A stretch of DNA of 64,000 bases. Origin: an uncultured bacterium (GTDB lineage: Bacteria; Desulfobacterota_D; UBA1144; Nemesobacterales; UBA2774). The translations under genes and the position numbers were made by a program. Below are positions 63,752 to 64,000 of this stretch, one piece after another. Location: assembly GCA_963705505.1 (NCBI GenBank), contig CAVPJU010000008.1, positions 1 through 64,000 on the forward strand, read 5' to 3'. Below the pieces are notes generated by a model that made no database searches, was not told where the DNA came from, and worked only from the letters and a program-made list of their open reading frames with translations. Numbering within the stretch: position 1 is the first letter of the stretch; every line of letters starts with the position of its first letter.

Positions 63752-64000
63752 CTATTCGCTTCCGCCGTTCAGTTTGGTGATAAGTTCCCTGCTCGGCCTG
63801 AAATGAGGCAGCTTCTTCTGAGATACCGTGACCTTCGAGCCGGTCCTCGGGTTTCTGCCTTCATAGGACCCGTAGCTCTTGGTAAAGAAGCTTCCGAAGC
63901 CTCTGATCTCGATCCTGCCGCCGCCCTCGAGCACCTGAGTCATATGCTCAATTATGGTATCGAGTATCTGCTCCGATTGCGAAGGTTGAAGATTAAATCT
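63752..64000 (-). CDS. ihfB: Integration host factor beta / HU family (5' end outside window)
   Basis: GGRIEIRGFGSF, GRNPRTG, PHFRPSREL. Confidence 0.85.
   Translation of the reverse strand, partial: RFNLQPSQSEQILDTIIEHMTQVLEGGGRIEIRGFGSFFTKSYGSYEGRNPRTGSKVTVSQKKLPHFRPSRELITKLNGGSE

Overview
Bacterial chromosomal window, mostly housekeeping genes in a deltaproteobacteria-like order: tig-clpP-clpX-lon-tRNAVal-tRNAAsp; pgpA-cinA-recA-pilT; tsaB-DUF465-ilvBNC-psd-pssA; nnr-tsaE-lysC-cimA; pgk-tpiA-secG. The taxon cannot be fixed from sequence alone. The left edge holds the 3' end of a tyrosine integrase facing tRNA-Asp, i.e. the border of an integrated element. The main accessory block (8.7-23.4 kb) is a kdpFABC K+-uptake locus apparently run by a sigma54 activator/kinase pair. 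It has a kinase-less KdpD fused to a PTS-EIIA domain, an unannotated kdpF, and a KdpF-sized peptide fused in frame to the kinase. Its sigma54 promoter/enhancer recurs with identical spacing in front of one of two tandem Tat-exported hemerythrin genes. Other highlights: a full-length PGK homolog missing most 3-PG-binding residues, a thaumatin-like lipoprotein with a 3x17-bp upstream repeat, a GNAT-PLP enzyme fusion, a duplicated pair of small Cys/His zinc-finger-like genes, an orphan ~150-nt structured transcription unit, and several REP-like palindrome families, one beside a GIY-YIG nuclease. Several genes carry 1-2 nt frameshifts (kdpA, adh, ogt, DUF393, a response regulator) that may be assembly indels. 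No CRISPR array or rRNA was seen. All family calls are by motif recognition; no database was searched.
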